Shown piece by piece: positions 50,111-62,658 of a stretch of DNA of 64,000 bases. A program made the translations under genes and the position numbers. Each line of letters opens with the position of its first letter. Position 1 is the stretch's first letter. Source of the DNA: Marsupella aquatica (Eukaryota; Plantae; Marchantiophyta); assembly GCA_973895155.1 (NCBI GenBank), contig OZ316895.1:6440136-6504135 (forward strand), written 5' to 3'. The notes under the pieces are model-generated. The model saw only the letters and a program-made list of their open reading frames with translations, ran no database searches and was not told the origin of the DNA.

Positions 50111-52207
50111 ACTTCGTTTGCATGACTGATCGATCAAGGCCGCGACTCGCTGGATTCTAACTCTTCATCATGAGTCCTGAGGCAACATTCCTCGCGCGAA
50201 AGGACGTCCATGTATGACGGGACGGCACGGATCGGCCCCAGCATTCACATCGCGATATCTGAACAACTCCGTCAACGGAAAACGAATTTTCTAAACCAAT
50301 GATTGCATCAATTTGTCGCAGTTTCCCGAATTATTCATAGATCGAAACTAACAATTCTTTGCAATCTGCTCATCAAGTACAAGATCTGTGCATCACTTTG
50401 TTCTTCGATCAATCTACATGCCTTGCTACATGCAACCCCAACCCGCGGATCAATCATCCATGAAGTCAGTCGATCACTCAAGCTGCCCAGGGCATGTCTT
50501 CGTCTTTGCTGCGACCCGAGTTCAAAAGGACAGCACTATGCAGACTGTATTTCTCCTCCAGCGCTCAAGACGATGCAATATTGCTATGGAAGCGACATGA
50601 AGCCCAGCTAGATCCCTCGTGTAATACAGAAGTCAACCCGCTTTCCCTTCTTTGAAGGGCATTCTCAGTATCGATAAATGTCCCGCTTTGCAGTGGTTGT
50701 GACTCGCTCGGGACAGGTTTTACAGATCTCAATTTGAGGTACAGCTTTCATATCTACAGACGTCATAGATCGAGCTTGAACATTCGCCATGAACATAATC
50801 GATCTTCTCCAAGTCAACACTACCAGGAACATTAAGATGTTATATGACGGTGCGAGCCTGGGTTTAGATTTAGGTTGAGTACTGTAGTAGGGTATTAAGC
50901 AGTAATGTGATATCAGATTTGGAGACTCATAATAGATCGTGATGTAATTGAAAGACCATACAATGACCTGTTCAGGTTGTCGAACAATATTGATCGAGAA
51001 GGACCCCAAGATTTCAGGTTCTAAGATCTGTTGTACCGATATTTTTAATCTACGAGCTCAGACGATACGCTTTTCACTCAAAATGTCGCGAGAGCATCAA
51101 CATATTTATTAGGCGACGACGTACTGTAAGTTGAATTGACGTCACGTCACAGGGCTAGCGATTCGTTCAGAGAGGCGAAGTGTTCAAACAGAATGATGTC
51201 GTCCACATGACTTCATCAGGAAATTGGAATGTCTAACGCATAGAAGACGCAGGAGCAGCGAGCGAGACAGAACAAGTCGCTGTAAAGTTGTAGTTGTAGT
51301 TGTAGTTTCAGTTTCAATTTTCTTCGCTTTGATATGCCTCGTTCCTAGTTTCTTACAATTGGCTCTAGCTTCTCCAAACCGCCCTTCCATACCTTCAGTT
51401 CCCATATTTGATCTAGCACATTTCATATCAAATTGTACAAGCTAGGTGGCCTGCAGTAGGAGCAGCTGTTGTTGAAAGCTGATCCACCGGGCAAGTCTGT
51501 CTGACGGAAGGAGTCAGTGCTCATTTCACACAGATTCCGTTCATTGGACTGACATAAACATCTCACATTCAAGAAACTTGAGACTTGATATATATCCTCA
51601 TCAGCTTTATTGAATTATCGAAACTAGTGGTCCATTCGGCCCATGTGATCATTTCATATTATCTCACGAGAAGGCAGTGGCTCGGAAGTAAACATATAAT
51701 TATGACGTTCCAGGTGAAGTCACCACATTTTTAGAGATGCTTACATTACATATACGAAGAAACAGAGCTGCACTGGATACCGCATTGCACTCAAGTGTTG
51801 CTTTCTGCTACATTTATTCTGAATTTGATTCACACAGTCGACTTGTGTTCCCATTTCTTGGTCTGTCAAGATGGGAAATGTTATTAATACCACTAATATA
51901 GACTATTGGTCTGATTCGAAGAGCCAGAGGTTGTACTTTTTTAAGTGTTTCCCCAATAATTGACCTTCTTCAATATAAGCTTTGAGCCTGTACCTACCTA
52001 CGTATTCCATCCATGCGTAAGAAAGTGCAAATGAAACTGCTTACAACCGTGGCTGACGAATCGGATCGATAAATCTTCCTCAGCGCTTTGAGATAGACCC
52101 TCCTATTCACACATTTGCCTCTGAAACCTTTTTTGGGATGACCACCCAAACCGTTGACCATGAAGAGCCTACGAGATGAAGCCAAGTGAACCGCAACAAG
52201 TGAGAGA

Positions 52208-53241
52208 TCAAATCGATAATTCAGCGCATGTGGTACACACCCATTTCGATCCGTTGTGAGGGTCCGCCCGTACGCTCTGCTGGAAAATTTCAGAGCTTGT
52301 ATATGACAATTCTGAGATATCATGGTCCGAGCGAAGGAACTTAATTTCTTCCAGGCTGATCGAATTGAAGATGTCAAATTTAGTCGTGATGTTGATCGTT
52401 GATCGCACCATTCAACGAGGCGAAGCGGGAGGCGAACGAGCCTGCAGATAAGTCCACACGTCTCTACCTCGAAAACTCCAATCTCGGTCGTCAAGCTCGC
52501 GATAGTACAGCTCCACGACCATGCATGTGCCGTTTGCCCTGACCTCGTATCCAGCGCGCAGCAGCAAGTCACATGGGTTGAAATTGAAGTAGTGGGTCCA
52601 CCAATAGAGTCCCCAGTTGTATTCTCCAGGAACCGCCCTGACGACAAGATCCCCTTCTCTCGGACGAAAGTTTCGGTCCACAGCATTCACAGGAGCTCGA
52701 AGCTCATCGACCTGGTACACCGGTGGTTGTAACTCAGAATTGTAGGTCCTGCAAAAACTCGGTAACAAGAATGTTCAAGGCCAGGTTTGCGTTTTTCTGA
52801 GGAATAGAGGAGAATGGGAGCCAAAAGTGCTCCCATAGATTTTTGCGACCAGGATGGCAGGACTGCATTTTGCTCACAATGAGTTGATAAGAGATTGGAG
52901 CATATATCATAGGATTAAGTCTGGTTGATTGAGTTACAACTTGTAAAGTACCTGCCCACCAACCACCATGGACGAACTTGACGGAGGTCGCAGAGGAAAG
53001 CCTCGATGCTTGGGCTGGCGTGCCACTTCCAGTCCTCTGCGAATTTTCCAAGTCTGATGACGATGTCTCCATCTCCAAAGTCGTACTGGGTGGTCCTTCG
53101 CTGCCTTGCCTCTCCAGTATAGTGAAAAAACATCGGATCCTTGTAAAGTGTGACATGACCTCCAGGATTGTAAAGTGACACACGACCTCCAGGTATACTT
53201 TGAACAGCCTGCCTTGCACGCTTTGTGATCAATATATCACC
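52208..53241 (-). pseudogene. Uncharacterised spliced coding region
   Basis: A GT-AG intron (52951-52749) joins ORFs 52915-53247 and 52412-52768 in frame (WWLVGR/TYNSEL). The TGA at 52412-52414 is followed immediately by in-frame ORF 52208-52411. No family recognised. Confidence 0.45.
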
Positions 53242-55060
53242 TGTCACATTTTCAAAATCTTACGATTCTTTGATTCTAGAAAAGAATTATCGACTTCTGT
53301 TTTCTCTCCTGTGATGACGCATTTGTGATTTATCTCTTCTGAGTGGGTACTCTAGGCACAGCACTAATTTTGTCCACAAATGGGCATAAATTAAGAGTCA
53401 TTTCACTTGTCAAGTTCTCAAGAAATATCTCCTGGGTTTTTGTTGGGAAAGAAAGTGCAGGTGGGAACAAAAGATTCTCATGTGGGCCAATGGGATACAG
53501 AAAGACACTTTGGTTCTAGGACTCTGTTTGAAGGGTGCAAATTTTGTGTCCCTTCACAATGCGCACTGCTGTTTAATTAAGGGTTAGAAACTTGCAGTTA
53601 AGGATTCCATGAACACATTTAGGGTCAGGGTCAATTGTTTTGGGGGCTATCAGATCCAATGTAGTCCTGGTACATATTCCTAACTTGAGACAGAAGTCTT
53701 GGCTAGATTACCAAATACAACATAGTTATACTCATATATAAGGGCCAAGTTGATCCAGGATTTTGGGCTTTGATCAGGGACTTGAAAGGGGCCAAAACAC
53801 CTTGCTAAGGGAATGGACAACTTTACTAACCCAACCCTTAAGTGCATACAAAGCATTGAGTCATATATGGACAGGTCCAGTTCCTTTTTCCATGGCATTC
53901 CCATAAAATAAGCTCTCCATGGGTTGAAGTTCACATTAGGAAAGGACCTAATTGTACAGAGGAAGACCTTGAAGTCACAAGAATGACAATAGATTTTTCC
54001 CTATTTTGACTCTCAATCCCTTGACCATCACCACCATCCATGAACCTTGGATTAGGAATAAGTGTCATCTTATGGGAACTTTCATGATCATGATCACCAA
54101 CCTGGTTGAGGGAACCATCTAGTGAGGTTGTCTCCTGGACTAAATCCATCATAGTTGTCCAGAAATTCATTGGCAATGATGTTCTGACTGGGATCATCTT
54201 CAGTTCTTTGCCTTACATTTCGTCCCAAGCTGTCCTGATTGTCACCATTCCAATATTGGCGTGATCTCACTCTGTTGCTTTCAGACTCGGGCCGTAACCC
54301 TAGACCATCAAAGCCTTGTGCATCCATATCACCACCGTCTATTGCTTCACCACCAGGCCAATCTAAACTTCCATTGAGAGAATTACTCTGAGTCTCTACA
54401 GATTTTTGTGGGGAAAAATTGCATCCAATATCAAGTTAGTACTGATCACTTATATAATCTTGTGTCCATGTCCATCATTGTAGCTTAACACTAGTACATG
54501 TATTGTACTACGTGTCAATTAACATATGAAAGCTTTTGAACCTGCTATGTACATCAATGGCTGGTTTATTGGGAGGTAAATATTTGGAGTTAATTAAAAG
54601 CTTGAATGCCCATTCTTTGAATGTGAATAAAAATGATGACAAAAGTTGTCATCCATGCTTATCATTTTGACATACATAGTATCCCATGTTTTTTCTATGG
54701 ACATCAATTTGGTGGGCCCTAAGGGTTATGGTCTAGAGGCTTCCCCCTAGAAACCTAGACCACAACTAGATGTCAACTCTAGCTTCTATTCTCAATTATT
54801 AGTAAGATATTGCCCTTTTCTATATAATCTTGTGGTTTTCTGGTTTTCTTGGAATGTGTTTGGTCTGTTTAAGGGGGCAGGGTACTTCCTATATATTTCA
54901 CACATAAACCATATTTTAGCATGAGACTGGGTGAAGGTAGAACAAGTGGAGGCTTGGCTGCTTTGGCATTCTTTTTTTGTTTTTCGGGCCAGGTCTGGAG
55001 AGACTAAACCAAAACATTATTGAGAAAGCTAGCCCTCCCATCCACACTCCCCCTCCTGTG

Positions 55061-55110
55061 AAAAGAAAAGAAAAGAAAGAAAAGAAAAGAAAAGAAAAGA
55101 AAAGAAAAGA
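55061..55110 (+). repeat. (AAAAG)n microsatellite
   Basis: aaaagaaaagaaaagaaagaaaagaaaag... Confidence 0.9.
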
Positions 55111-55924
55111 AGGCAAGCGGCTTACTGTTTCAGATGTGCAATTTTTTTTAGTATATCTACATAGTAAGGAAGAACTGAGATACCTATATTTGTAAATTGA
55201 GAATTTTAGAAATGAGCCTGAATGCCGATGCTTTCGTGGCAAATAGTTGGCGAAATCCACTTTGCCATGCATGGAAAAGCACGGTAATTGCCCTAGTTCC
55301 ATTCCTGGTTTCCCTCTCCTGTGATTATGCCCCTAAGTTGTCTATGCTCCCTTTCATGGTTATATTAACTTAATCATTTATGCCTCCTCCCCGCCCTAAA
55401 ATGATTGCCTTGCATAAATTACTATCCACATTGCTTATAGATACACGTCCTCATGTTTTGAACAAAACTAATTTGAATAGTGAGGAAGGGTGGAGACACA
55501 CAGAAATGAAGAGCTTTTTTCGTTAAGAAAGTGATGGGGGAGAGGAAGAGAGATTAATGTTACGTTAATAAAAAAAGTGATGGGGGGCAAGAAGAGAGAA
55601 TAATGAGGAGCTTTTTAGACTGTCTACTAAGAACGAGATGGGGAAGGGAGAGAGAGAGAGAGGAAGCAGTTTTTAGAGTAAGTTACAATAATACGATCAA
55701 TCACTGGGGAGGGTGAAAGATTTATATAAGCGTGGGACGATTGCAGCAGTCAGTACTTAGTTTGTGGTGTGCCCATACCACAAGTAGGGTAACCTTGATC
55801 TTGTATCTTTGTTACTCCATAAGAAACTGGAATTAAATTAAGCATGATTATATTTAGACGACTATAGCATAAACTTGCAATGACAGTTAATTTAATTGGA
55901 TAACTTGGTTGCTAATGTAGCCTG

Positions 55925-56854
55925 TTAATTCAACACTGTACCTGAAGACGGATGGGCCTTAGAATTGAACCAAGGAGATGTGAACGGAGGGCAGAGTTTG
56001 CGAGGCTTGTTAATATGAGGGTCTACAAAATGATCTTCGCGGATTCTAGTGCATTCATCACCTTCATCACGCGTCATCATCTGCGCAGTTGAACATAGTT
56101 GCCAATCATTCAATGGGCGCGATCTAGAGTTTGATATTGTCTCCAGTTCATGTCCTAGCAATTTAACTGCATCCCAAGTGTCGAGATGCGAGCAAAGGCT
56201 CTCCACCCCTAGATGCAATTGAGGTGCCTCTTCAGGATGATTCTCCCTTGCTGTCCAGTCTAGAGGAGGTGCGATCACATCCTTGGCTTGGTAGTTGGAT
56301 ACGTCTAGCAGACAACTCAACCATGCTCTCCCAGCAGCGTTTCCGATGTTTTCCAGGGGGAATTGATCATTTGTAGTTGATGGTGTGAAGGATTGTATTT
56401 CATCGCTTGAATCTTTGTCATTGGCAAAGAACTGAATTTCCTTACTTGAATCTTGGTCATTGGCAAAGAATTGCATTTCAGTACTTGAATCCTTGTCGTT
56501 GGCATAGTGGCCTATTAGACATGGCTCCCTTGCGTTTGATTCTGGTTGCATTTGTTCTTCCAAACAGGGATCAATCTCTGAATTGAAGGTTGATGGTGGG
56601 AGTTTTTTGTTTCTGGTCCAGAGGCGTAGTTTCTCATCCCAAACTACGGGTGAAGTCTCTGTGTTTGAGCTGTCTACAGGTCCATGTGGTGATCGGTACG
56701 TCCTAGCCATCGTTGTGTGGGATGCTATCAGGGGAAGGAGATCAATTTGCATGCACCTTGGACTCCTTTTCATATTTGCTTTGAACATTTGATCTCCACG
56801 AGCCTTATTTATAGATGGTGGTGGAGAAGCAGATAACGGGGTCATGATGATCAC
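55925..56854 (-). CDS. Hypothetical intronless orphan protein with 3x13-aa tandem repeat
   Basis: 309-codon ORF with repeats ANDKDSSTEMQFF / ANDQDSSKEIQFF / ANDKDSSDEIQSF. A TATAAATA on the minus strand near 56806-56813 suggests the true start is downstream (e.g. MARTYRS at ~56710). Confidence 0.4.
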   Translation of the reverse strand: MIIMTPLSASPPPSINKARGDQMFKANMKRSPRCMQIDLLPLIASHTTMARTYRSPHGPVDSSNTETSPVVWDEKLRLWTRNKKLPPSTFNSEIDPCLEEQMQPESNAREPCLIGHYANDKDSSTEMQFFANDQDSSKEIQFFANDKDSSDEIQSFTPSTTNDQFPLENIGNAAGRAWLSCLLDVSNYQAKDVIAPPLDWTARENHPEEAPQLHLGVESLCSHLDTWDAVKLLGHELETISNSRSRPLNDWQLCSTAQMMTRDEGDECTRIREDHFVDPHINKPRKLCPPFTSPWFNSKAHPSSGTVLN

Positions 56855-59800
56855 CCTGCATTATTCACTTCAAATGAATTTCTGTGGCTTTGATCCTTGA
56901 TTAGTGATGCTGTACCATCAAATCACATGAGACAGCCAAAATTCAAGCTCTCTTTGGTTGAATGAAGTCCTAAGGGTAACATTGGAACACCTCTTGATCT
57001 TATTCCATGGAACACCTTTTAAATCTTGCCAAAGATTATTCTACATATACCAAAACCCTCCATTCCGTAGGGTTTGGGACTGTGCAGACCTTTTGGTCAG
57101 CTTCCCTTTTTTGGGCAGGTAAGAAGACTGCAAACTAGGCATGGCAAAATGCTGTGGAAACGATAATTTGCGTCACCAATCTGCACATGAAGACAGTCTC
57201 AGACAATCAATTTATGCATTGGTATTCATAGCTCATCATTCGTGTTAGTGTTCTTTTGCAATACGTTCACGAAGAATCGCAAGGCCTACAAGAAATCCTA
57301 GACCGAACCCAATGACCAACCCTAAGAGTGTATATATGTCATCTTTCTCCATATAGTAATTTGGTATCAGGTTTTGAGATACAAAAATGCCTGGCTTACA
57401 AAGTCGGGTTCCCGTATTGACGTTTATTATCGTAATCGAATGGAACCTTCCATTACAGGGTCACATTAGGAGAGGAGAGCAAAATCCTACTCCAATTTTC
57501 AACGCAACATCCAGTGATTTTAACAAATAGTAAACATCTAGTGTACATATCGTTCAATTACAGATATAGTGGTAATCGTCAATTTTGTTTTGCATAGCAC
57601 CTAGATTCTTTAAAGAAAAAAGAGTAGGTAACTTGTAAGGGAACTACTGGGTCCCTACTGTAGACTGTTAGAGTACGTTAGTTCCATTCCCCAACGTTGG
57701 CTGCCTAATCAAAATTGAGAGTTTGATCTTGTCATTTGTTTTGTTTCGAAAGTTTTTCAGCTTTTTCTTCTTCTTTTCACACTGTGATCGCGCAATTGAA
57801 TGTCCGCACAATTTGAATCTAAAACAATTATTCTCTCGCATAGAAAAAGTCGGATTTCAGAATCCAGTTCAGTTGCAGCTACTGTAGCTAAAGTCTGGAC
57901 TGTAGCGGGGCTGTAGCTAGCATAATGTCTAGACTGATAACGCTGAAATGACGTACCCTTTCAATGGTTGGATTATACCCTTTGAGCTGATGCTTACAAA
58001 CGAATTTTCTTTCAGCGCCCTTTCAGGCTAAGCCTCTCGATCAGTCTCCTTAATTACAGTTCCACTTTCATAGAAGAGCCAACAGAAAAGGTTGGGTTTA
58101 AATTAGTGGGTGTTGAGGATGACTGTAAAATATAGGCAATTAATTTCCAAGACGGAGGAGTTGCAGCCCACATTTTCAAGAGTCAGAGACATCGCTTCCA
58201 AATATTTGGGCCACAGTTAAGGGGTTCTATTCCACGTACACAACTCCACACGCCTTCACGAATAAAAATACTCTTGAAAATCCCACAGATGTGTGATTGA
58301 AAGAGCTTCTCTAGTTTCAGTTAGCTCCTTTCAGAAGGAAATTAATTGAAGCTCTTCAATCAATGTGTTTCCACTTGACAGCTAGGTAAGTACTGCAGAG
58401 GTTCTACACATCTCTCACCAGTGACCAGGTTCGAAACCGTGCAGGGCTCTATGTCGAGCTGGAATAGCTTAAATGACCATTCAACCATTAATGTATCGTT
58501 ATGCTGTCTATGAAGGACTCAACGACGAGTTCTACTGTTGAGGTTGTGCACCACAGTCGGTTAAGTTGATAAGTAGGTGGAGAATAGCTTAAGGTCGAAC
58601 AATTGTCGACAGATTTAATTGATAAAATGTGTTCTGACTTGCTATGGATTGAAAGAGCTACAGAAGTGCCAAAGAAGAATTGTTCTGGCCGCCCATATTG
58701 ATCGATATTCAAGCTTGTACCAGATTTTGCTAAAATTTCCAATCCTCCAGTCCATAGTACTTGAGTTGAAACCGCTTGAACAGTGTTGCGCCTTGAATGC
58801 ATTTTGCAGAATCTGCATCCCTGTATAAGATCTCAGGGTTTCCATATCAACCACTGAGGGCCGAACGTATATATATACACGTACTCATGATTTTGCTTTT
58901 TGCTGTCTTGGAACCCGGACCTCCTCACTCGACTGTCATTGGAACCATGTATTAATTAGCGGCTTTCCTGATTTCCCAATGGAATACTCCTTCCAGAGTT
59001 TTACAGCCTTTTGATGCATCCACTCTGTTATATTGCATGGCTGAACGTACTTACTGAACGGTGAGAGTGCCTCCAGTGGCACAAAGAGTTGCTCAGATGG
59101 AGTTGAGATTTAAGAGCAGATTCTAGATACCGGTTTCACTTGTAGAATAGTTGCTTATACGGAAGCTAAGCTTCTAATGTACTTAGGACTCCAAATGTTT
59201 GCTTGGTTTTTGAGCCCTGCCCCTTCTATTAGCTTTTTTCGGGGCTTTTTTAGTTTTGCATTTTGATGGAAGCAAGACTGGCGTAGCACTTCACAAGTAT
59301 CCTCCCCACCCGCAGAATCAAGAAAATTGTAGGACACGAAACGAGCGACAACTGGTTTCTCTGGGAATGTGAATAACGATTGCTTCTTAGAAGCAAAGAT
59401 CGAAATCGAAACTCGAGCGTAGCCCGATTAGAGACAAGAACACTCGATTGGGTTCGTCGCGTACAATTCAAAAGTGAATAAGAACTTAACAGGAAAACCT
59501 GCACGACGATGGCAAGGCTCGATACCCAGCTAGGGGAAACCTTCATGACCTCGTATGTATCGGGTGCTGCACGGCGCAAAGGTCACAATATTTGGACGAG
59601 GTAAGTTGAACCAGCAACAAGAAAAAACATTACGGAATACAGAACGAAGGAAATCGAATGCCAGCTGAACTTGCGGACTTGTCAAGAAAAATCTCCCATG
59701 AACGAATTAACCAAAAAGACAAATTCACCGAGATTACGCTAGTCAGTAGTGACATACAGTTCTCCAAAACCTTCTCCAAAACCGTTGTTCACTTTGAGGT

Positions 59801-60227
59801 GTGGCATGGGTATGGGTACAGTAGATCGACCAGATGGTGACCTCCACATGCAAATATACCCACGCGCAGCTCGTGATAAGGAGACTGTTTATCAAATCAA
59901 GGGTCACGTCTCAAGTCCATAAATTCATGTGATCGCGAGCTGGCGGCCGAGATGTAACTCGTTGAGAGTATCTAAACCTATCATTTATCCAGAAATGCCA
60001 TGGATTTGAGGTGAGTGGCTTCTTTCCCTGGAGGGCTGGAGGGTGCTGTACACAACCTCAGTGCATCTTGGGTTTACGTACGATATGGCGATGCAAGTTT
60101 TGCAGGGTTTGCACCTTCTTTAGTACTTCCTTTTCCGTGCCATAACTTGCTGTGGTACAGTGGCTGACGTATTAACGAATGCAGATTGTCTTGGTCAAAT
60201 GTTTGGATCAACGTAAGAGGCCCTTTC

Positions 60228-61065
60228 CAGTGAACTCTCGATAAATGCACTCTCCATAAACATTTACCCTGGATTATTGCATGTCATCTTGTTCTTCCCC
60301 TTTTTTTTACACGGGATAAGTGGTTTTTAAGCATTTTTTTTAAGTGCACATAGAGCTAAAATCATTTCGCTAAACGATAACTTTCTACACACTTACCCTG
60401 GATAGGTGATTGAATGCGCTTATTTGTAAATGCATAAACTCCAGACATGTCATTTACTGATAAAGGCATGCCCATTATTAGTAGAGTACATAATGCACTT
60501 AAGGAGTGTGGGCAAAGAATTAGGGCAGGGATTAAGGTACGAGGCTGACTACAGGGTCCATAGAGCATGCGAACACTGCTGCGCACTGTAGCTCGTGGTA
60601 CTATAGCTCGTGAATCATTGGGGTAGTCGGGTGGAATCAACATGGAGGAAAGGAAGGTGACAACACTGACTCACAAGCAGAAGGTTAGCAAGAAATGTGT
60701 CGCCACAAGCAAAAGCATCCAGAGCTCACAAACAAAGCTCTAGTTGAATGGGCTTCAGAAACATTTGGCGCTTAGGTACATCAAACTATTGTTGATAGAA
60801 TCTTGAAGAAATCTTTCTCATTGCTTGCCAATGTGACTGCAAATGAAGTCAAACAAAATCGTAGTGCACTTTACCCAGATCTGGAAGAAACCCTGGATAA
60901 TTACACATTTAACAAAGGATCCCAAATTAAGCACACTTATCTATTACAACACTTATCTATTACAGCACTTTTAGTGGGATGTGCGCTTATCAAGTTATGC
61001 AACACCTGCTTAAGTGCATGATAGATCCTTCTTCCCGAGAGGGTGCGTTTATCCAGAGTTCACTG
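60228..61065 (+). mobile_element. Internally deleted pogo/Tigger-like element with CENP-B-type HTH remnant
   Basis: 27-bp TIRs cagtgaactctcgataaatgcactctc vs cagtgaactctggataaacgcaccctc (3 mismatches), with TA right of 61065. From ATG 60642 it reads MEERKVTTLTHKQK/QEMCRHKQKHPELTNKALVEWASETFGA*VHQTIVDRILKK..RSALYPDLEETL. Confidence 0.82.
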
Positions 61066-62558
61066 TATTCATTTTAGTTAAATTCTTAGAAGTAAGTAAA
61101 GGGTAACCATTAAACCATGTGATCAGATGATTGAGGATCCCTCACGAGTCAATATTTCATTCGTGGTTTTCCTTAGCTTCCAATTCCTTTGAAGAAGGGG
61201 TGATGTAATTGGGGCCTTTGCACAGAGTATAGAAAATTTCATGAGATGAACCCCCAAGATTTTTATTGATTGTAACAATGTTTGGACTTCAAGGGTTTTT
61301 GTTTTGTGGGCAGATGAGCTGAAAAGAATGTCGGTAGGTGGGGCAGAGCTACCTTAGGTCAATTGAACCCTTCCACATGGCTGGTGCAAATGGGCTGTCT
61401 GTTACCCGTTTACTGAACTTAGTGTCATGTAGGTGGCAAAGGCTTCAGATAGTTGAAAATTCACAAAAATATAATGTGGTGACCCAGAGTACTTTACACG
61501 GAAACTTATGGTTTGATAAAAACAAAAAAGACTGAGGCAACTCCTGTCTTTTTTATCAAACGGGATATGTCATGGCCACCTCTCTCCCTTGAGAACATGA
61601 GCAAAATGGCTCCTTTGGACTGAACAGTAAGACCTAATAGCTCACGTATCACAGTTGAGGAAAAGGGTTTACTTCCTGACTGTCATGGGGAGGCTGTACT
61701 TAGAATAAAGCAAAGCAATCTATTTAATATGAATAAATTAGCCCAATGGAGTGCCTTGCACAAGTGCACTGAGGACGAGGCAAGGACAGCAAGGGGATGG
61801 GACTGCAGGGAAGTAGGGAGGGCTTACATGGAGGTGTTGTTGACCAATCAAAAATAGTGATGAAAAACAATATTGAGTGAATGACAAGGATCTCTTCCCC
61901 TCTAAATGACAGACTATAAAAATATGAGCAAGAGAATGGGCGGGATTGGATCTTATAGACTATTGGTGACCTAAAGGATTCCTTTCTACGGGACATACTC
62001 GTTGGGCTTTTTGCCTTTGGTCTCCTCAGGTTTCTTTTTTGTGTTCTCCCCTTTATGGGAACTTTGATGGAGGGAGGCGGTCCTTACAATAAAGCGAAGG
62101 AACCTAAATTAAAATAAAGGGTTGCTAGGGAACATTTTGGACTTTTTGGCTTTTGGCGCTCTGTAGGGTTCCCTTTTGTGTTCTCTCCTTTACAAGGTCT
62201 TTGGCCCCTGGTCTGAGTGTACTGGTTTGGCCCTTTTTGTTATTTGACAGTCTAGTATGTAGGAAGGAATACACATTGATAATATACCAGTATATTCCTA
62301 ATGACAAAACTGACCGGCTCCTCAGCTACTCTCATCTCACATTTCCACAGGAGTTTCTAAACTCCACATAATAACGGTGGCCGTCATCCCACCACAGCAA
62401 ATGAATTAAAATCATATTCAGCCCCATTGGTATGGTAAATTGGATGCCTTTGAACTCGAATGAAATCTCGCAAAAGCTTCTATAGTGCACGTGAAGATTG
62501 TGGCCCTTCAGAGAATGTACCACATGGCCAGACCTAACTTGCTACCATGATGCCCCTG

Positions 62559-62658
62559 TCTCAATGGACACACTTTTAGATATTAGTTATTCTCTGTCTC
62601 CCTCTCTCTCAATGGACACACTTTTAGATATTAGTTATCCTCTGTCTCTCCCTCTCTC
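62559..62658 (+). repeat. 48-bp tandem duplication
   Basis: tctcaatggacacacttttagatattagttat(t/c)ctctgtctc occurs twice. Confidence 0.9.

Noticed and set aside
58395-58450. B-box-like GGTTCGAAACC suggesting a tRNA or SINE
   Set aside because: No convincing A-box, cloverleaf or acceptor stem could be built.
58488-58854. Possible LINE C-terminal (zf-RVT-like) remnant
   Set aside because: There is only a vague Trp pattern, with no RT or endonuclease motifs nearby.
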